Under the pieces are notes generated by a model. That model was not told the origin of the DNA. It did no database searches and saw only the letters and a program-made list of their open reading frames with translations. Source: Candidatus Parcubacteria bacterium (lineage in GTDB: Bacteria; Patescibacteriota; Patescibacteriia; UBA1558; GWA2-36-10). From it: a stretch of 64,000 nucleotides of DNA. Location: contig JABJNO010000010.1 of assembly GCA_018664825.1 (NCBI GenBank), positions 8,832 through 72,831 on the forward strand, in the 5' to 3' direction. Shown in pieces: positions 28,526-39,375 of the stretch (the first letter of the stretch is position 1; every line of letters begins with the position of its first letter). The translations under genes and the position numbers were made by a program.

Positions 28526-29668
28526 TTATTGATTATGTGAATTATATAAATCTTGCCAACTCTCACCAAATGTCATCTGAAAATGTGGATAGTCCATATA
28601 TGGTGCAGTCCAGTTCCCTCCCCACTCAAATCCTTGATCAATCGCTATATTGGCAATATCCTGACTAATTGGTTCCCACTTTGGCTGACCACCTTCCATC
28701 ACCACTACATCTATAGCTCTTCCATAGTTATGATAACTTTGCCCTCCCTTGGCATTTGTAACCCATGGTCCCGTAGGTGGGCTCGTCCTGCTTTGCCAAT
28801 ATAACTCATTTTGATATTCAATAGAACGATAACCCTGCGTCACTCTTAACTGTATATCAAACTGAGCCTCTGTATCATTAATAAAATTGATTGCCGGTTG
28901 TTGTACGCGTGTATCAAGCTGTTTTATTCTTTCGTTTGATACAGCGTCCCAAGTGGCATCATTTTGTATAGAATTATTGCCCGTTTGGCCACCAGAATGA
29001 TTTGGTGTTGATACTACTGTCTGCGCTTGATTGGTAATATTTGGTTTATTAAAAATCCTTGAAGTAAAAAATGAAATAGAATCAACAAATGAATTCCAAA
29101 TTGAACTGATACTAAAATTACCAGTTGGATCTATAAATCTTACAGGATTATTCCTGGCATAGCTATAGCTATTTAGCTGCTGGGGGTCTGTCAAAAAACT
29201 ATTCGGTGAAGATATGAGCAACGGGTCAATACTGACAAATCTAGCTGTATCACTGTCATAATATCTAGCACCAAAATATTGGAGGCTCGTTTCGCTATCT
29301 AGCTCCTTGCCACCAAATTTATAATAATTCGAAATAGCCGAACTTTGATTAATTATACCGCCAAAATCCTCATAATCATTTATCTCTACCACTTGCCCGG
29401 TTTCATTTGTAATGATAGCAGTAGAATCCAAATGATCATTTAGATTAAAATAAATTTCTTGCTCGTTTTCTATAGTAGAAATTTTTTGATCACCCAGATA
29501 AATGTGTAATTTTGTATTTCCTGATTCGTTTACTTCAAAATACTGATCTACATATTTATCTTTATGGATTACTTGTTCCACGTGTAGCCCGGCAGCGATT
29601 ACAACGCCGGGCAACACAAATGTAAAGGAACTGAGCAAAGTTATGCTCCCAAAAATGCTTTTCTTCAT
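28526..29668 (-). CDS. Secreted Rhs-core protein with a C-terminal peptidase M15 (VanY/CwlK-like peptidoglycan hydrolase) toxin domain
   Basis: Signal peptide. Rhs core homologous to the giant protein (IHKDKYVDQYFEVN...YLGDQKIS...YYKFGGKELDSETSLQYFGARYYDSDTARFVSIDPL...NPVRFIDPTGN). C-terminus has SYHNYGRAIDV and EWGGNW...DYPHFQ, which are the M15 zinc-peptidase motifs. Confidence 0.7.
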   Translation of the reverse strand: MKKSIFGSITLLSSFTFVLPGVVIAAGLHVEQVIHKDKYVDQYFEVNESGNTKLHIYLGDQKISTIENEQEIYFNLNDHLDSTAIITNETGQVVEINDYEDFGGIINQSSAISNYYKFGGKELDSETSLQYFGARYYDSDTARFVSIDPLLISSPNSFLTDPQQLNSYSYARNNPVRFIDPTGNFSISSIWNSFVDSISFFTSRIFNKPNITNQAQTVVSTPNHSGGQTGNNSIQNDATWDAVSNERIKQLDTRVQQPAINFINDTEAQFDIQLRVTQGYRSIEYQNELYWQSRTSPPTGPWVTNAKGGQSYHNYGRAIDVVVMEGGQPKWEPISQDIANIAIDQGFEWGGNWTAPYMDYPHFQMTFGESWQDLYNSHNQ

Positions 29669-29812
29669 ACATTTTTAACCTTACTTTAACTAATAAAAAA
29701 CCCAACATAATGCTGGGGTTATAAAATCATAACGAACACAAAAATCATCGGGAATACTTTATGTTCAATATAAATTTGTATTAATGAATTATCCATATAT
29801 TTAATTATGATT

Positions 29813-30232
29813 TTATTTGATACTATAATGCTCTAAAATACTATTAACTAATTTTTCTTTTTGCTCCCACTTGAGTCCTTGTTCAACAACTTTTTCTTCT
29901 ATTTGCAAATGAACTATTTCATGCAATATCGTTTTTACTATCTCATCGGTCTCTCTCTGTATGTTTATATATATTTTATTTGGTAATTTATAACTACCAA
30001 ACGCACCAAACTTAGATAAATATACTTGATATTTTTGATTATCCAGAATTTCTTCATACTTTTTTATCTCACCTTCTAAATCACTAACCAGTTTTTTATA
30101 ATCTAGCTTTTTATACTTATCCAAAACTGACAAATTATAATAAATCTTATTTTTATCTAAAAAATTTTTACACCTTATTGTATTAACAATTGAGACAAAA
30201 TCATTAAATTTATTATATTTACAGACTATCAT
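29813..30232 (-). CDS. Hypothetical small protein with an HExxH motif
   Basis: ILHEIVHLQ is a possible zinc-metallopeptidase-like motif. No other recognisable features. Confidence 0.3.
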   Translation of the reverse strand: MIVCKYNKFNDFVSIVNTIRCKNFLDKNKIYYNLSVLDKYKKLDYKKLVSDLEGEIKKYEEILDNQKYQVYLSKFGAFGSYKLPNKIYINIQRETDEIVKTILHEIVHLQIEEKVVEQGLKWEQKEKLVNSILEHYSIK

Positions 30233-30386
30233 ATGATATTAATGTAAAGTTTTATAGCCGTCGCATATCTATACGCCGTCTATACTGACTACTTTAAATT
30301 TACAGTATCAAAAAACTTTTGTCAACGCTCCCCTATTTTAAGATAACAAAAAACCAGTAAAATTATTTACTGGTTTTTTAATATAA

Positions 30387-33179
30387 TTATTTCTTATCAA
30401 CTACTTCCGGTTGACCATCATAAAGCGGAATCACAAACTGGAATTTAGAGCCCTTTTCTTTTCCTTCGCTCTCTGCCCAGACATTACCACCATGCTCTTT
30501 GATAATCTTTTGAGCAATAAACAATCCCAAACCAGAACCACCTGTATGTATCTGAGCTACTCCACTACCACGGACAAATTTCCTAAACAATCCCTTTGCC
30601 TCTATCGGATCTATACCAATGCCCGTATCCTCTACTACAAAGGTTAGCTCTTTGTCATCAAACTCAGTATAAACAGTGACCGATCCCTTTGGTGTATATT
30701 TGATAGAATTATCAACCAAGTTAAGGACTACCTCCCTAAGCTTGTCACTATCAGCAAAAACTTCTGGTGGTTTTGCTTTTGATTTTTTATAAGTCAATTT
30801 CAAACCTTTTTGTTCCGCTTGATTTTTTAGCTCGGTGACTACACTTTCTATCATATCCGCAATTTGTAACGGATGTTTTTCAAGCTTTAGTCTACCTGAT
30901 TCAATCCTAGATACATTCAAAAAGACATTTATCAATCTAGCTAGACGAGAGGCACTCTCAAACAAATCGCTAATAACTTTTCTAATATTATCTGGTACTT
31001 TACCAAAATCACCATCCAACATCATAGACAGGTAGCCCTTCAACGCAGAAATAGGAGTACGCAACTGATGAGAAGCAATAGACAAAAACTCTGATTTGGC
31101 CTTGTCTAGCTCACGCAAACGCATATTGGCTTCTTGGAGATCGAGGTTTGCCTTTTGCACTGTATTGTAGAGCTTGAGGTTACGAGATACGATACCTACC
31201 TGATTGGTAAGCGCTCCCATCATCTCTATATCAGAAGACGATATCTTGGCTCTTGGTATTGGCATCAGAAAATGAATAACACCAATAATCTTGGCCTCTG
31301 AAAATATCGGTACAGCAACCGAGGTTTTTACCTTTAGTTTTTCTTGGATTTGATCGATTATTTCTTTGGCAACTGGTGGTGACAAAAAGTCAGACATCTT
31401 GTCAGAAAAATTTATCTTACCAGATAGCGCACTATCTGCCCCTAGATTGTAGCCTTGCTCTAGTCTTGTTTGAAAATCGCGAGGATCTTTTTTGACCAAC
31501 TCGAGGGCTTCTCTGGTTGCTTTATTATTGGTAATGGCTCCTACTTTTAGAGCGTTTTTTTCTTTGTCTATAAAACTCAAAATACCACCTACATAGCCAA
31601 GCTCCGAAGCAATACTATCGGCAATCATCTGATTGACTTTGTTTAAATCTAGTGTGCGACTGATCATATTGGTGACAACTTGGATAGTTGTCAAAGATTT
31701 ATTTTTTTCTTCTAGGGCTACATTGGCTACCTTGAGGCTTTTTGTCCTTTCGTCTACTTTACGTTGCAATTCTTTGTTGAGCTGTTCTACCTCTTCGTAT
31801 AGTTTTGATTTTTCAATTGCAATAGCTACTTGAGGAATAAACACTTTAAAGAAATCAACATCTTGATCATTATACAAATCTCCAGAGTGCTTGGCGCTGA
31901 TCAAAAAAATTGCATTTAGTCGATCTTGTTCTACCACTGGGATGACTACCTCCGCTTTTAGAGATTCTGCCTCTTGAGCAAAACTGCCCATCTCTTTATA
32001 ACGCTCTGAATTTGTATCGTGATTATCTCTCTCTCTAATAAGCTCCTCTGTAATAACAAATTCTTTTGATTTTTTAAGATATTTTACAAAACCTTTACTT
32101 AAAGAAAACCTTGCCTTATTTTTTCCTGAACTAACTGCTAAATCAAAATTTTCTTTGGTCGGTACAAAAACAGATATTTCTTTTATTTTTAGTTTATTGA
32201 CCAATAGGTCCGTGGCTCTTTGTAATAGCTTCTGTAAATCAATTTCTCGAGCAATTACATTACCTACTTCCTGGAGAACTTCCTGATAGTCAACTTTATC
32301 TTTATAAAATATCTTGTCAGTAATCTTTGCCCAGACTCTTTTGACGGGATCTAGGAAAATCACCACAATGATTGAATTGACTATATATGTAATCACTTTA
32401 CTACTTTGACTATTACCACCAATTGTATTACCAACTAAAATAACCGACAAAGCAAAAAAACTAGCAACAGCACCAACTAAAACAGCGTACAGAATAGAGC
32501 GGGTAAGAATAAGCCGAATGTTCATCAGACGGTATCTAACAATAGCATAAGTAATGGCAATAGCATAAAAACCAACTAAATAATTGCCAATTGGATATAT
32601 TTGAGAAAACTGAGGTAAAAAATTAAAAAATCCACCACCAAATCCTACAAACGCTGAATATAAAACATACTTTATCTGTTGACCTTTGGCGCCTGTGAAT
32701 TTCTTTTTAGCTTTAAATAATATAAAAACTGCAAAAATAGCTATAAATAAAAAATATACAGGAAAAAGAATATACAATGGACCTGGATCTATCCAATACT
32801 GAAACTCAAATACTGATTTTAAACCTTTTTTAAAAAGTGGCGTTAAACTTAACGCAGACAATACTATAGATATAGCATAACAAATATTAACTAATTTTTT
32901 ATACTTAATCTTTTTCTCAACTAAAGTTAATACGAAATCTAAGAATAAAATTGGTAAAAAAATACCTGCTATATCTAAAATAACTTGAGATAAATATGCA
33001 TAATTATAACTATCAAAAAAAGTAACTCCAAATAAGCCAATGCTCCACAGGGCAATCGAAAAACTTGTTATAGCCCAAAGCTTATTTAATCTAAAATTTT
33101 TATTTTTAAAATATACAAAAGCTGCTAAGATAAAACTTAGAATAGCTGTCAATAAACTAGAGAAAGCAAATCCATTCAT
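30387..33179 (-). CDS. Sensor histidine kinase with an N-terminal 7TM domain and GAF-like sensor region
   Basis: H-box SHQLRTPISALKGY. HATPase_c VEDTGIGID...GGSGLGLFIAQKIIKEHGG. Polytopic N-terminus. 930 aa. No adjacent response regulator. Confidence 0.85.
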   Translation of the reverse strand: MNGFAFSSLLTAILSFILAAFVYFKNKNFRLNKLWAITSFSIALWSIGLFGVTFFDSYNYAYLSQVILDIAGIFLPILFLDFVLTLVEKKIKYKKLVNICYAISIVLSALSLTPLFKKGLKSVFEFQYWIDPGPLYILFPVYFLFIAIFAVFILFKAKKKFTGAKGQQIKYVLYSAFVGFGGGFFNFLPQFSQIYPIGNYLVGFYAIAITYAIVRYRLMNIRLILTRSILYAVLVGAVASFFALSVILVGNTIGGNSQSSKVITYIVNSIIVVIFLDPVKRVWAKITDKIFYKDKVDYQEVLQEVGNVIAREIDLQKLLQRATDLLVNKLKIKEISVFVPTKENFDLAVSSGKNKARFSLSKGFVKYLKKSKEFVITEELIRERDNHDTNSERYKEMGSFAQEAESLKAEVVIPVVEQDRLNAIFLISAKHSGDLYNDQDVDFFKVFIPQVAIAIEKSKLYEEVEQLNKELQRKVDERTKSLKVANVALEEKNKSLTTIQVVTNMISRTLDLNKVNQMIADSIASELGYVGGILSFIDKEKNALKVGAITNNKATREALELVKKDPRDFQTRLEQGYNLGADSALSGKINFSDKMSDFLSPPVAKEIIDQIQEKLKVKTSVAVPIFSEAKIIGVIHFLMPIPRAKISSSDIEMMGALTNQVGIVSRNLKLYNTVQKANLDLQEANMRLRELDKAKSEFLSIASHQLRTPISALKGYLSMMLDGDFGKVPDNIRKVISDLFESASRLARLINVFLNVSRIESGRLKLEKHPLQIADMIESVVTELKNQAEQKGLKLTYKKSKAKPPEVFADSDKLREVVLNLVDNSIKYTPKGSVTVYTEFDDKELTFVVEDTGIGIDPIEAKGLFRKFVRGSGVAQIHTGGSGLGLFIAQKIIKEHGGNVWAESEGKEKGSKFQFVIPLYDGQPEVVDKK

Positions 33180-33180
33180 A

Positions 33181-33852
33181 TTACTTATAATTTATTATTG
33201 GCCAATTATTATTTCTAGCTACTTTATACAATATATTATCCGGATTAACTACATAGGGACGATCAACTAACAACAATAACTCTTTGTCTGAATAATGATC
33301 TGTATAAAAAAAAGTACACAAATTATCACATTTATCACCATATCCCTCTAAGTATTTTTTAAACCTATTTACCTTTTCTTGTCCATCAACAACACGACCT
33401 CTTATTTTCCCTGTATATTTCCCATCCATTACTTCCAGGTCAGTGGATATGTATTCCTTAACGCCCATAAATAAACCTATTTTTTTTACTATAGGCTCAA
33501 GGCTCGTTGAAATTAGAACTACTTTATGACCATTTTTTATATGTTCTTTCACTTCATCTATGGCCTGATTAAATAAATTACCCTCGATATATTCATCAAA
33601 AAAATAATCTACTAAACTTTCCAAGTCCTTCTCTTTCCACCCTTTAAAAAAATTTACTAAAAATTCTATAGCTTTCTTGGGACTTTTTATTATTTGCAAT
33701 TTATAAAACAAAAACCACACATAACCTGTGAGTAAATAAAAAATATTTATCTTTTTATTTTTAAACAAGTACTTTATAAAATACCTTTGACTATACCCAT
33801 TAAGTATAGTATTGTCGACATCAAAAAAAACTACGAAACATTCACTATTCAT
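33181..33852 (-). CDS. HAD-IB family hydrolase
   Basis: Motif I FFDVDNTIL. KVVLISTSLE. Typical partner of PlsC-type acyltransferases. Confidence 0.55.
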   Translation of the reverse strand: MNSECFVVFFDVDNTILNGYSQRYFIKYLFKNKKINIFYLLTGYVWFLFYKLQIIKSPKKAIEFLVNFFKGWKEKDLESLVDYFFDEYIEGNLFNQAIDEVKEHIKNGHKVVLISTSLEPIVKKIGLFMGVKEYISTDLEVMDGKYTGKIRGRVVDGQEKVNRFKKYLEGYGDKCDNLCTFFYTDHYSDKELLLLVDRPYVVNPDNILYKVARNNNWPIINYK

Positions 33853-34441
33853 GCTTGTGCTCTATTAATTTAAAAATAATACCCATTAACTTAACTGTTT
33901 CTTTTTCATAGTCATCAGTATCTACATAAAATTCAGTATCTATATTCATATCTATCTTTTTAAACTTTGGAAATTTTTTATGTTGTGGTAACGCATTGTA
34001 AGCCCCCGTAATACCAATTGGCACAATGGGCACTTTATATTTATAAGCAAACTTTACTGCGCCTATGTGCCCTTTACCCATTTTACCAGACCTAGATCTT
34101 GTACCTTCTGGAAAAATACCCAAAACACCCCCCTTTTCAAATAAATTATCTACTTCCTTATAAACCTGAGATTTATCTTTGACCTTTCTGTCTACTTTTA
34201 TCTGCCCCGTGCTTTTGACAAGTGGCCACCATAATTTACTATTAAAAAATACTTCCGCCGCTAAAAAAGATACTTTCCTTGGGATAACAGCTGATAGTAA
34301 GAAAAAATCTAAATAACTGCTATGGTTAGAACATACTATAAAAGATTTTTTTTGAGGGACATTCTCCAAACCCTTAATTTTACCAAGCCACAAAAATTTT
34401 ACACTAGGTCCAAAAAAAATCTTTATTATTTTATAAAGCAT
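33845..34441 (-). CDS. plsC: 1-acyl-sn-glycerol-3-phosphate acyltransferase family protein
   Basis: NHSSYLDFF (HX4D block) and FPEGTRSRSG. Confidence 0.75.
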   Translation of the reverse strand: MLYKIIKIFFGPSVKFLWLGKIKGLENVPQKKSFIVCSNHSSYLDFFLLSAVIPRKVSFLAAEVFFNSKLWWPLVKSTGQIKVDRKVKDKSQVYKEVDNLFEKGGVLGIFPEGTRSRSGKMGKGHIGAVKFAYKYKVPIVPIGITGAYNALPQHKKFPKFKKIDMNIDTEFYVDTDDYEKETVKLMGIIFKLIEHKHE

Positions 34442-34448
34442 CAGCTTA

Positions 34449-36140
34449 CTATTTATACTTATTTAAAATTTTATATCTTTTTAGTTTCAAGGTTGGGGTC
34501 AACAATCCATTGTCTTGAGCAAACTCTTCACTCAACAACTTGAAACTAGCTATCTGTTCTATCTTGGAAGATTTTCTCAACCTGTGTTCTATCTTGTCTT
34601 GATAAAAATTATTTATCTTCTCATCTGATAAATCAAATTTTATTTTATGCTTTTTGCACCATTTTTTGAGCTGTTCAAAGTTTGGTACTATAAAAGCTGA
34701 AATATATTTATCATTATCACCATAAATCATACTTTGATAAATATACCTACTTTCGTTCAAAACATTTTCAATTCCTTCTGGGAAAATATTTTTACCAGTT
34801 GAAAGTACTATCACATCTTTGGCCCGACCAACAATAGTCAAAAAGCCCTCTTTATCTATAAATCCCAAATCCCCTGTATTTATCCAGCCATCGTGGATTA
34901 TCTCATCAGTCATGGCTTGGTTTTGATAATAACCAAGCATCACATTTTCACCTTTGACCAAAATTTCTTTTTTATCTGATATTTTTATCTGATTACAATC
35001 CAAAGCGTGTCCCACGGTACCAAAACGACTATTTTCCAAACTATTGACGGCAATGATTGGTGAAGTCTCAGTCAGGCCATAACCCTCTATCAATTGTAGG
35101 CCTAGGTTATCAAAAAATCTGATTATCTTGAGGTCTAGTGAAGCTCCTCCAGAGATAGCCATGCGCAAACGACCTCCAAATATTGCCCTGATCTTGTTTA
35201 AGACAATGACATCCAACAAAAACCAATTTATCGCCTCCCACCATTTTAGCTGATTTTTTCTTTTCAAAACTGCTAGCTTCAGGCCTTTGAAAAACATTTT
35301 TTTCTTTAGAGTACTGCCATTTTCTATTTTATCAAAAACTTTTCCATAAATTCTTTCAAAAATACGCGGCACGCTGTTTATAATAGTTGGTTTGGCCTTT
35401 TTGATATCATCGATAATAGTCTGAGTACTACGGGCAAAATATATACTAGCGCCACTAAAAATAGCCGCATAGTAGCCAGCTGTCCTCTCAAAAGCATGAG
35501 ACAGGGGTAAAAATGAAAAAAATCTATCATCATGAGCAATTGGTACTATTCGCTTGGCTGAATCTACATTTATCACCAGATTTCTATGAGAAAGCATTAC
35601 TCCCTTTGGATCTCCGGTTGTCCCCGAAGTATAAATCAAGGTATGTAGACTATCATCAGATACTTGATCTTTTATATCTTCTACTTCTTTTTCTTCTTCC
35701 AAAAATGGCCACTGCTCTACTTTGTTAGGTATTTTGTATGACTTACCAACCATTACTATCTTTTCTAGATTCAAGGCCTTGATTGCTTGCTCATGTTTGG
35801 CCAAAAAATCTACATGAATCACTAGATATTTTGCTCCTGAGTGTTGAATCACCTTTTTGATGTACTCTTCACTAAAAGTAGTATGAATAGGTACAAATAC
35901 TAATCCTAGGGTAGCTGCTGCCAAATCACTGATTATCCACTCTAGAGAATTGGGCAACATCACCGCTACCTTCTCTTCTTTTTTCCAACCATATTTTTTC
36001 CAAGTATGAGCTATGCGCAAACGATAATTATTTAGCTGATTGTAGCTGACTTTTTTGTACTCATCGTCGACCAAAAAAGCTACGGCTGTATGAGAACCAT
36101 ATTCTGCTAATACTTGCTTAAATTTTTCTGCAATTGTCAT
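34449..36140 (-). CDS. Long-chain fatty acid--CoA ligase (AMP-binding enzyme)
   Basis: LIYTSGTTGDPKGVMLSH AMP-binding motif. 563 aa. Confidence 0.8.
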   Translation of the reverse strand: MTIAEKFKQVLAEYGSHTAVAFLVDDEYKKVSYNQLNNYRLRIAHTWKKYGWKKEEKVAVMLPNSLEWIISDLAAATLGLVFVPIHTTFSEEYIKKVIQHSGAKYLVIHVDFLAKHEQAIKALNLEKIVMVGKSYKIPNKVEQWPFLEEEKEVEDIKDQVSDDSLHTLIYTSGTTGDPKGVMLSHRNLVINVDSAKRIVPIAHDDRFFSFLPLSHAFERTAGYYAAIFSGASIYFARSTQTIIDDIKKAKPTIINSVPRIFERIYGKVFDKIENGSTLKKKMFFKGLKLAVLKRKNQLKWWEAINWFLLDVIVLNKIRAIFGGRLRMAISGGASLDLKIIRFFDNLGLQLIEGYGLTETSPIIAVNSLENSRFGTVGHALDCNQIKISDKKEILVKGENVMLGYYQNQAMTDEIIHDGWINTGDLGFIDKEGFLTIVGRAKDVIVLSTGKNIFPEGIENVLNESRYIYQSMIYGDNDKYISAFIVPNFEQLKKWCKKHKIKFDLSDEKINNFYQDKIEHRLRKSSKIEQIASFKLLSEEFAQDNGLLTPTLKLKRYKILNKYK

Positions 36141-36242
36141 TAAATTTTGCTTATTATAGCTATGATCAATTTTACCATAAAAAAAACAGGGCTACAAACA
36201 AATTACCCAATTTTTAACCCCTCCTTGTCAAGATGATGCCGA

Positions 36243-37112
36243 TTATTTGTGCTTTTTGATAAAATTCGTAATTTTCTTAAACAAAAAGTCTCTTCTAGTT
36301 TTGTGAAGTAATCCATGATTATTTTTATCTAGAATAAAAAGCTCCCTCTCTTTTACTTTTAATCTTTTGAATATAAAGTATGAACTACGTGGATGTGATA
36401 CTTCATCTTTGCGAGAATGTAACACCAAAATTGGACATTTCAAATATTTTATTTCTCGCTTGGTATGAAAATCTATAAAATCATAAAGCTGGACCAAAGA
36501 TGGTATTGGAATATGAGTATAACGACCATGAGCGTTGAGCTCGTCCATGTATTCTTTTTTTATCCAACGTTTTCGATATTTTTTATTAAAAATTTTTGCC
36601 AAAGGCAAAAGCATCCTGATCCATCTATCTCGACGTAGATATACAGAAGCTCCTAGAGAAACCACAGCTTTAACATCTGGATACTTGATGGCCGCATGGA
36701 TACACATGTTGGCTCCCATAGAGTGCCCCACCAAATAGACATGTTTGTATCTACGAAGATTTTCTGTCACTGCGTCCTCTACAGAATCAAACCAATTTTG
36801 CCATTTGGTCCTTTTGAAAGTTTCCAAATTCCGACCATGCCCCGCCAACAATACAGTCACCACATCTATGCCTTGTTCGGCTAGATAGTCTGCCAAATGT
36901 CTCATCACAATTGGCGTGCTAGTAAAACCGTGTACCAAAATAGCTACCTTATTGTTTCTAGGCTTGGCTTTTATCTTGAAAGGACGTGCCAATTGAGGCA
37001 CGCCTGGTAAATCAACATATTCTTTCCTGGTTTCTAGTCTTACCATATTATTCCCTTGTTTTATACCTATCTTGTAAATATTGCTGATAATCATCATCCC
37101 GCTCAATAACAT
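36243..37112 (-). CDS. Alpha/beta hydrolase (lysophospholipase/esterase-like)
   Basis: VHGFTS...GHSMGANM (GxSxG nucleophile elbow). Confidence 0.7.
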   Translation of the reverse strand: MLLSGMMIISNIYKIGIKQGNNMVRLETRKEYVDLPGVPQLARPFKIKAKPRNNKVAILVHGFTSTPIVMRHLADYLAEQGIDVVTVLLAGHGRNLETFKRTKWQNWFDSVEDAVTENLRRYKHVYLVGHSMGANMCIHAAIKYPDVKAVVSLGASVYLRRDRWIRMLLPLAKIFNKKYRKRWIKKEYMDELNAHGRYTHIPIPSLVQLYDFIDFHTKREIKYLKCPILVLHSRKDEVSHPRSSYFIFKRLKVKERELFILDKNNHGLLHKTRRDFLFKKITNFIKKHK

Positions 37113-37620
37113 CTTTTATTTTATTTCTCAACCAATCAGCTTTGGGCATGTCTACTTTTTTGGATTTCCAATTCAAATAATCAGATATTCTACGAGAAAT
37201 ACGCAAGGTATATTTTATATTAAACAAATCACGGATATCACCTTTATCTAAAGTTTTTAAAAAATCAAAAATCTTCTGTTTTAAATCTGTATTTTGATAA
37301 AATTCAATTTTTAATCTTTTATTAAAATTTTTATCATCTTTTAAGCTTTGTAAAGTACCATCAATTTTATTACCATTTGGTAATAAACAAAAAACCTCTT
37401 TATTTTGCGACAAAGCCAGGGCTATCAAATAACCAGCTCGAGCATCCAGATTTTTTCCCTGAAATATCAAAGCCTCCATTTTGCCAAACGGTTTTACAGA
37501 TGCATCTTGATTTATACCACCTTTTGAATCATCGACAATTTCAATACCAACCTGCTTGAGGTAGCGCTCAACATGTTTGCTATCTATTGTTTTATCTGAA
37601 CTGTAAAAATAAATTTTCAT
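37048..37620 (-). CDS. Hypothetical protein
   Basis: ORF only. Overlaps the downstream gene by 65 nt, so the true start may be internal. Confidence 0.3.
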   Translation of the reverse strand: MKIYFYSSDKTIDSKHVERYLKQVGIEIVDDSKGGINQDASVKPFGKMEALIFQGKNLDARAGYLIALALSQNKEVFCLLPNGNKIDGTLQSLKDDKNFNKRLKIEFYQNTDLKQKIFDFLKTLDKGDIRDLFNIKYTLRISRRISDYLNWKSKKVDMPKADWLRNKIKDVIERDDDYQQYLQDRYKTRE

Positions 37621-37622
37621 AA

Positions 37623-38606
37623 TTATACAGTAAACTCTCCAATTAAATTTTGCTTCATTACCTTATTGAAATCCGCCAATTCTTTAAAATTGGCCAATGC
37701 CCACATAGTTTTTACAACCGCAGCACTCCACGTACACCCAGATATAACTACAGCCCCCTCAATAGACAATATCCCCTGATAATTATACAAAACAACTGGC
37801 AATTTCCAACTGGCAATTTGCTTTTGCTTATTTTGGTCAATTGACTGGGCAGAAGTCTTGATGATGACACCTTGGTATTTTTTAAAAATTTCTCTATCTA
37901 CACTCCATTCAACTCCTGGAAAATCTTCCAATATCAAAATTTTACTATTTATCTTTTTAAAAATTTCAAATTGTTTTGTCGAATGTTTCAAATCTTTTTT
38001 TATATTTATACCAAATCCAACCTTACCCCAATAAGCATCATTGAAACTAGCAAAAATATTGGTATCATCATGATAATTTTTTACTGCCTGTACAGCTGAG
38101 ATCAACCTAGTACCAGACATTATAGCTGGTCCGGGTAATTTACTGTCCGTAATCTGCAAGGCATTTATCAAGTTTGAACGAAGCCCCAGGCCACCATGCT
38201 TATCTTTTAATTTATTTATTTTTTCCTTTTTGTTCAAAAAGTCTGTTCCACTTATTTGAGAACAGGTCAAGATAATACTCTTTTTTATATTTTGAAATAT
38301 AAACCCCAGGACCAAAGCTGTATTGATAAGTTGACCAGTCTTGGAAACCACTATAAATCCATCCGCATTACCCAGATTATTACTTATCTTATTGGCTATT
38401 TTTTCCCAAATTTGAGGAGTAATTTCTTGATCTTCACCACTGATAAATATTGGCTCAATATCTGCTAAGATGCTCAATTCTGGCATCTGCCTTAGCCAAT
38501 GATCAACATCTAAGCTGTCTTGCACGGCTAAAAACTTAGCCTCTTTATCCAATAATAAAGTTCCACCTGCCAACAATAATATTATTTTTTTCTTTTTTCT
38601 AGCCAT
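37623..38606 (-). CDS. Possible L-asparaginase-family protein
   Basis: N-terminal ILLLAGGTL and an internal GTD resemble asparaginase TGGTIAG/HGTDT. The length fits type I asparaginase. Weak. Confidence 0.3.
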   Translation of the reverse strand: MARKKKKIILLLAGGTLLLDKEAKFLAVQDSLDVDHWLRQMPELSILADIEPIFISGEDQEITPQIWEKIANKISNNLGNADGFIVVSKTGQLINTALVLGFIFQNIKKSIILTCSQISGTDFLNKKEKINKLKDKHGGLGLRSNLINALQITDSKLPGPAIMSGTRLISAVQAVKNYHDDTNIFASFNDAYWGKVGFGINIKKDLKHSTKQFEIFKKINSKILILEDFPGVEWSVDREIFKKYQGVIIKTSAQSIDQNKQKQIASWKLPVVLYNYQGILSIEGAVVISGCTWSAAVVKTMWALANFKELADFNKVMKQNLIGEFTV

Positions 38607-39303
38607 TCTTCAATTTGTCTTTATTGGAAAAAATTAAATAAAAAGCCACAAAATTCATTGGTAAGGTAAATAATGGTCCTAGCCATTCATATTTATAAAT
38701 TCCAAAATGACATAAAAATAAATCAAAATATGAACCAAATATCAACCCCAAAACTATAACCATTAAAAGGATCAAAATTTGTTGCTTAAAAATTCCTTCT
38801 ATATTCTTATATTTGTAAATTAAATTAAATATGGAAAAAATCATTAGAGAAATAAAATACAAAGAATACAAAATGTATAAAAATCTATTATGCTTTAAAT
38901 AGAATATATTGTTAACCTGGTCCCTGTAATATTCAATGACTAAGGTATTATTTAAAGTTGAAAAAATAAAAAATAAGGTCAACATTAAAATTATATAATA
39001 AAATATTGGGTTAATTTTTTTAATTTTATAAGGAAAATACACTGAAAAAAATAATAAAGAAATGGCTATACCGATGGCAAAAATATATATTATTTTAGCG
39101 GACCACTCTCCAAAATAGCCATCCATTGTCATACCAAAAAATAATCCCATGGCCCATAAAAAATTAAAAAATGTTAATAAACTAAAGTATAAATTAACCT
39201 TATTGCGCCATCCTTGAAAAATAATCAATACAGCCATTATCAAATTAACTAGAGCGGCAATTACTAAAGAAAAATTTTGAAATTGTAAAATAGAAATAGT
39301 CAT
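38599..39303 (-). CDS. Polytopic membrane protein, histidine-kinase-N-terminal-7TM-like, no output domain
   Basis: Seven hydrophobic segments with a pattern resembling the N-terminus of the 930-aa kinase. Confidence 0.4.
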   Translation of the reverse strand: MTISILQFQNFSLVIAALVNLIMAVLIIFQGWRNKVNLYFSLLTFFNFLWAMGLFFGMTMDGYFGEWSAKIIYIFAIGIAISLLFFSVYFPYKIKKINPIFYYIILMLTLFFIFSTLNNTLVIEYYRDQVNNIFYLKHNRFLYILYSLYFISLMIFSIFNLIYKYKNIEGIFKQQILILLMVIVLGLIFGSYFDLFLCHFGIYKYEWLGPLFTLPMNFVAFYLIFSNKDKLKNG

Positions 39304-39375
39304 CCCATTAGAAGTTAATTATTATTTTTCCCTGTTAAAAACCCCAAATTTCTAACAAGACACTTATATTTTATA

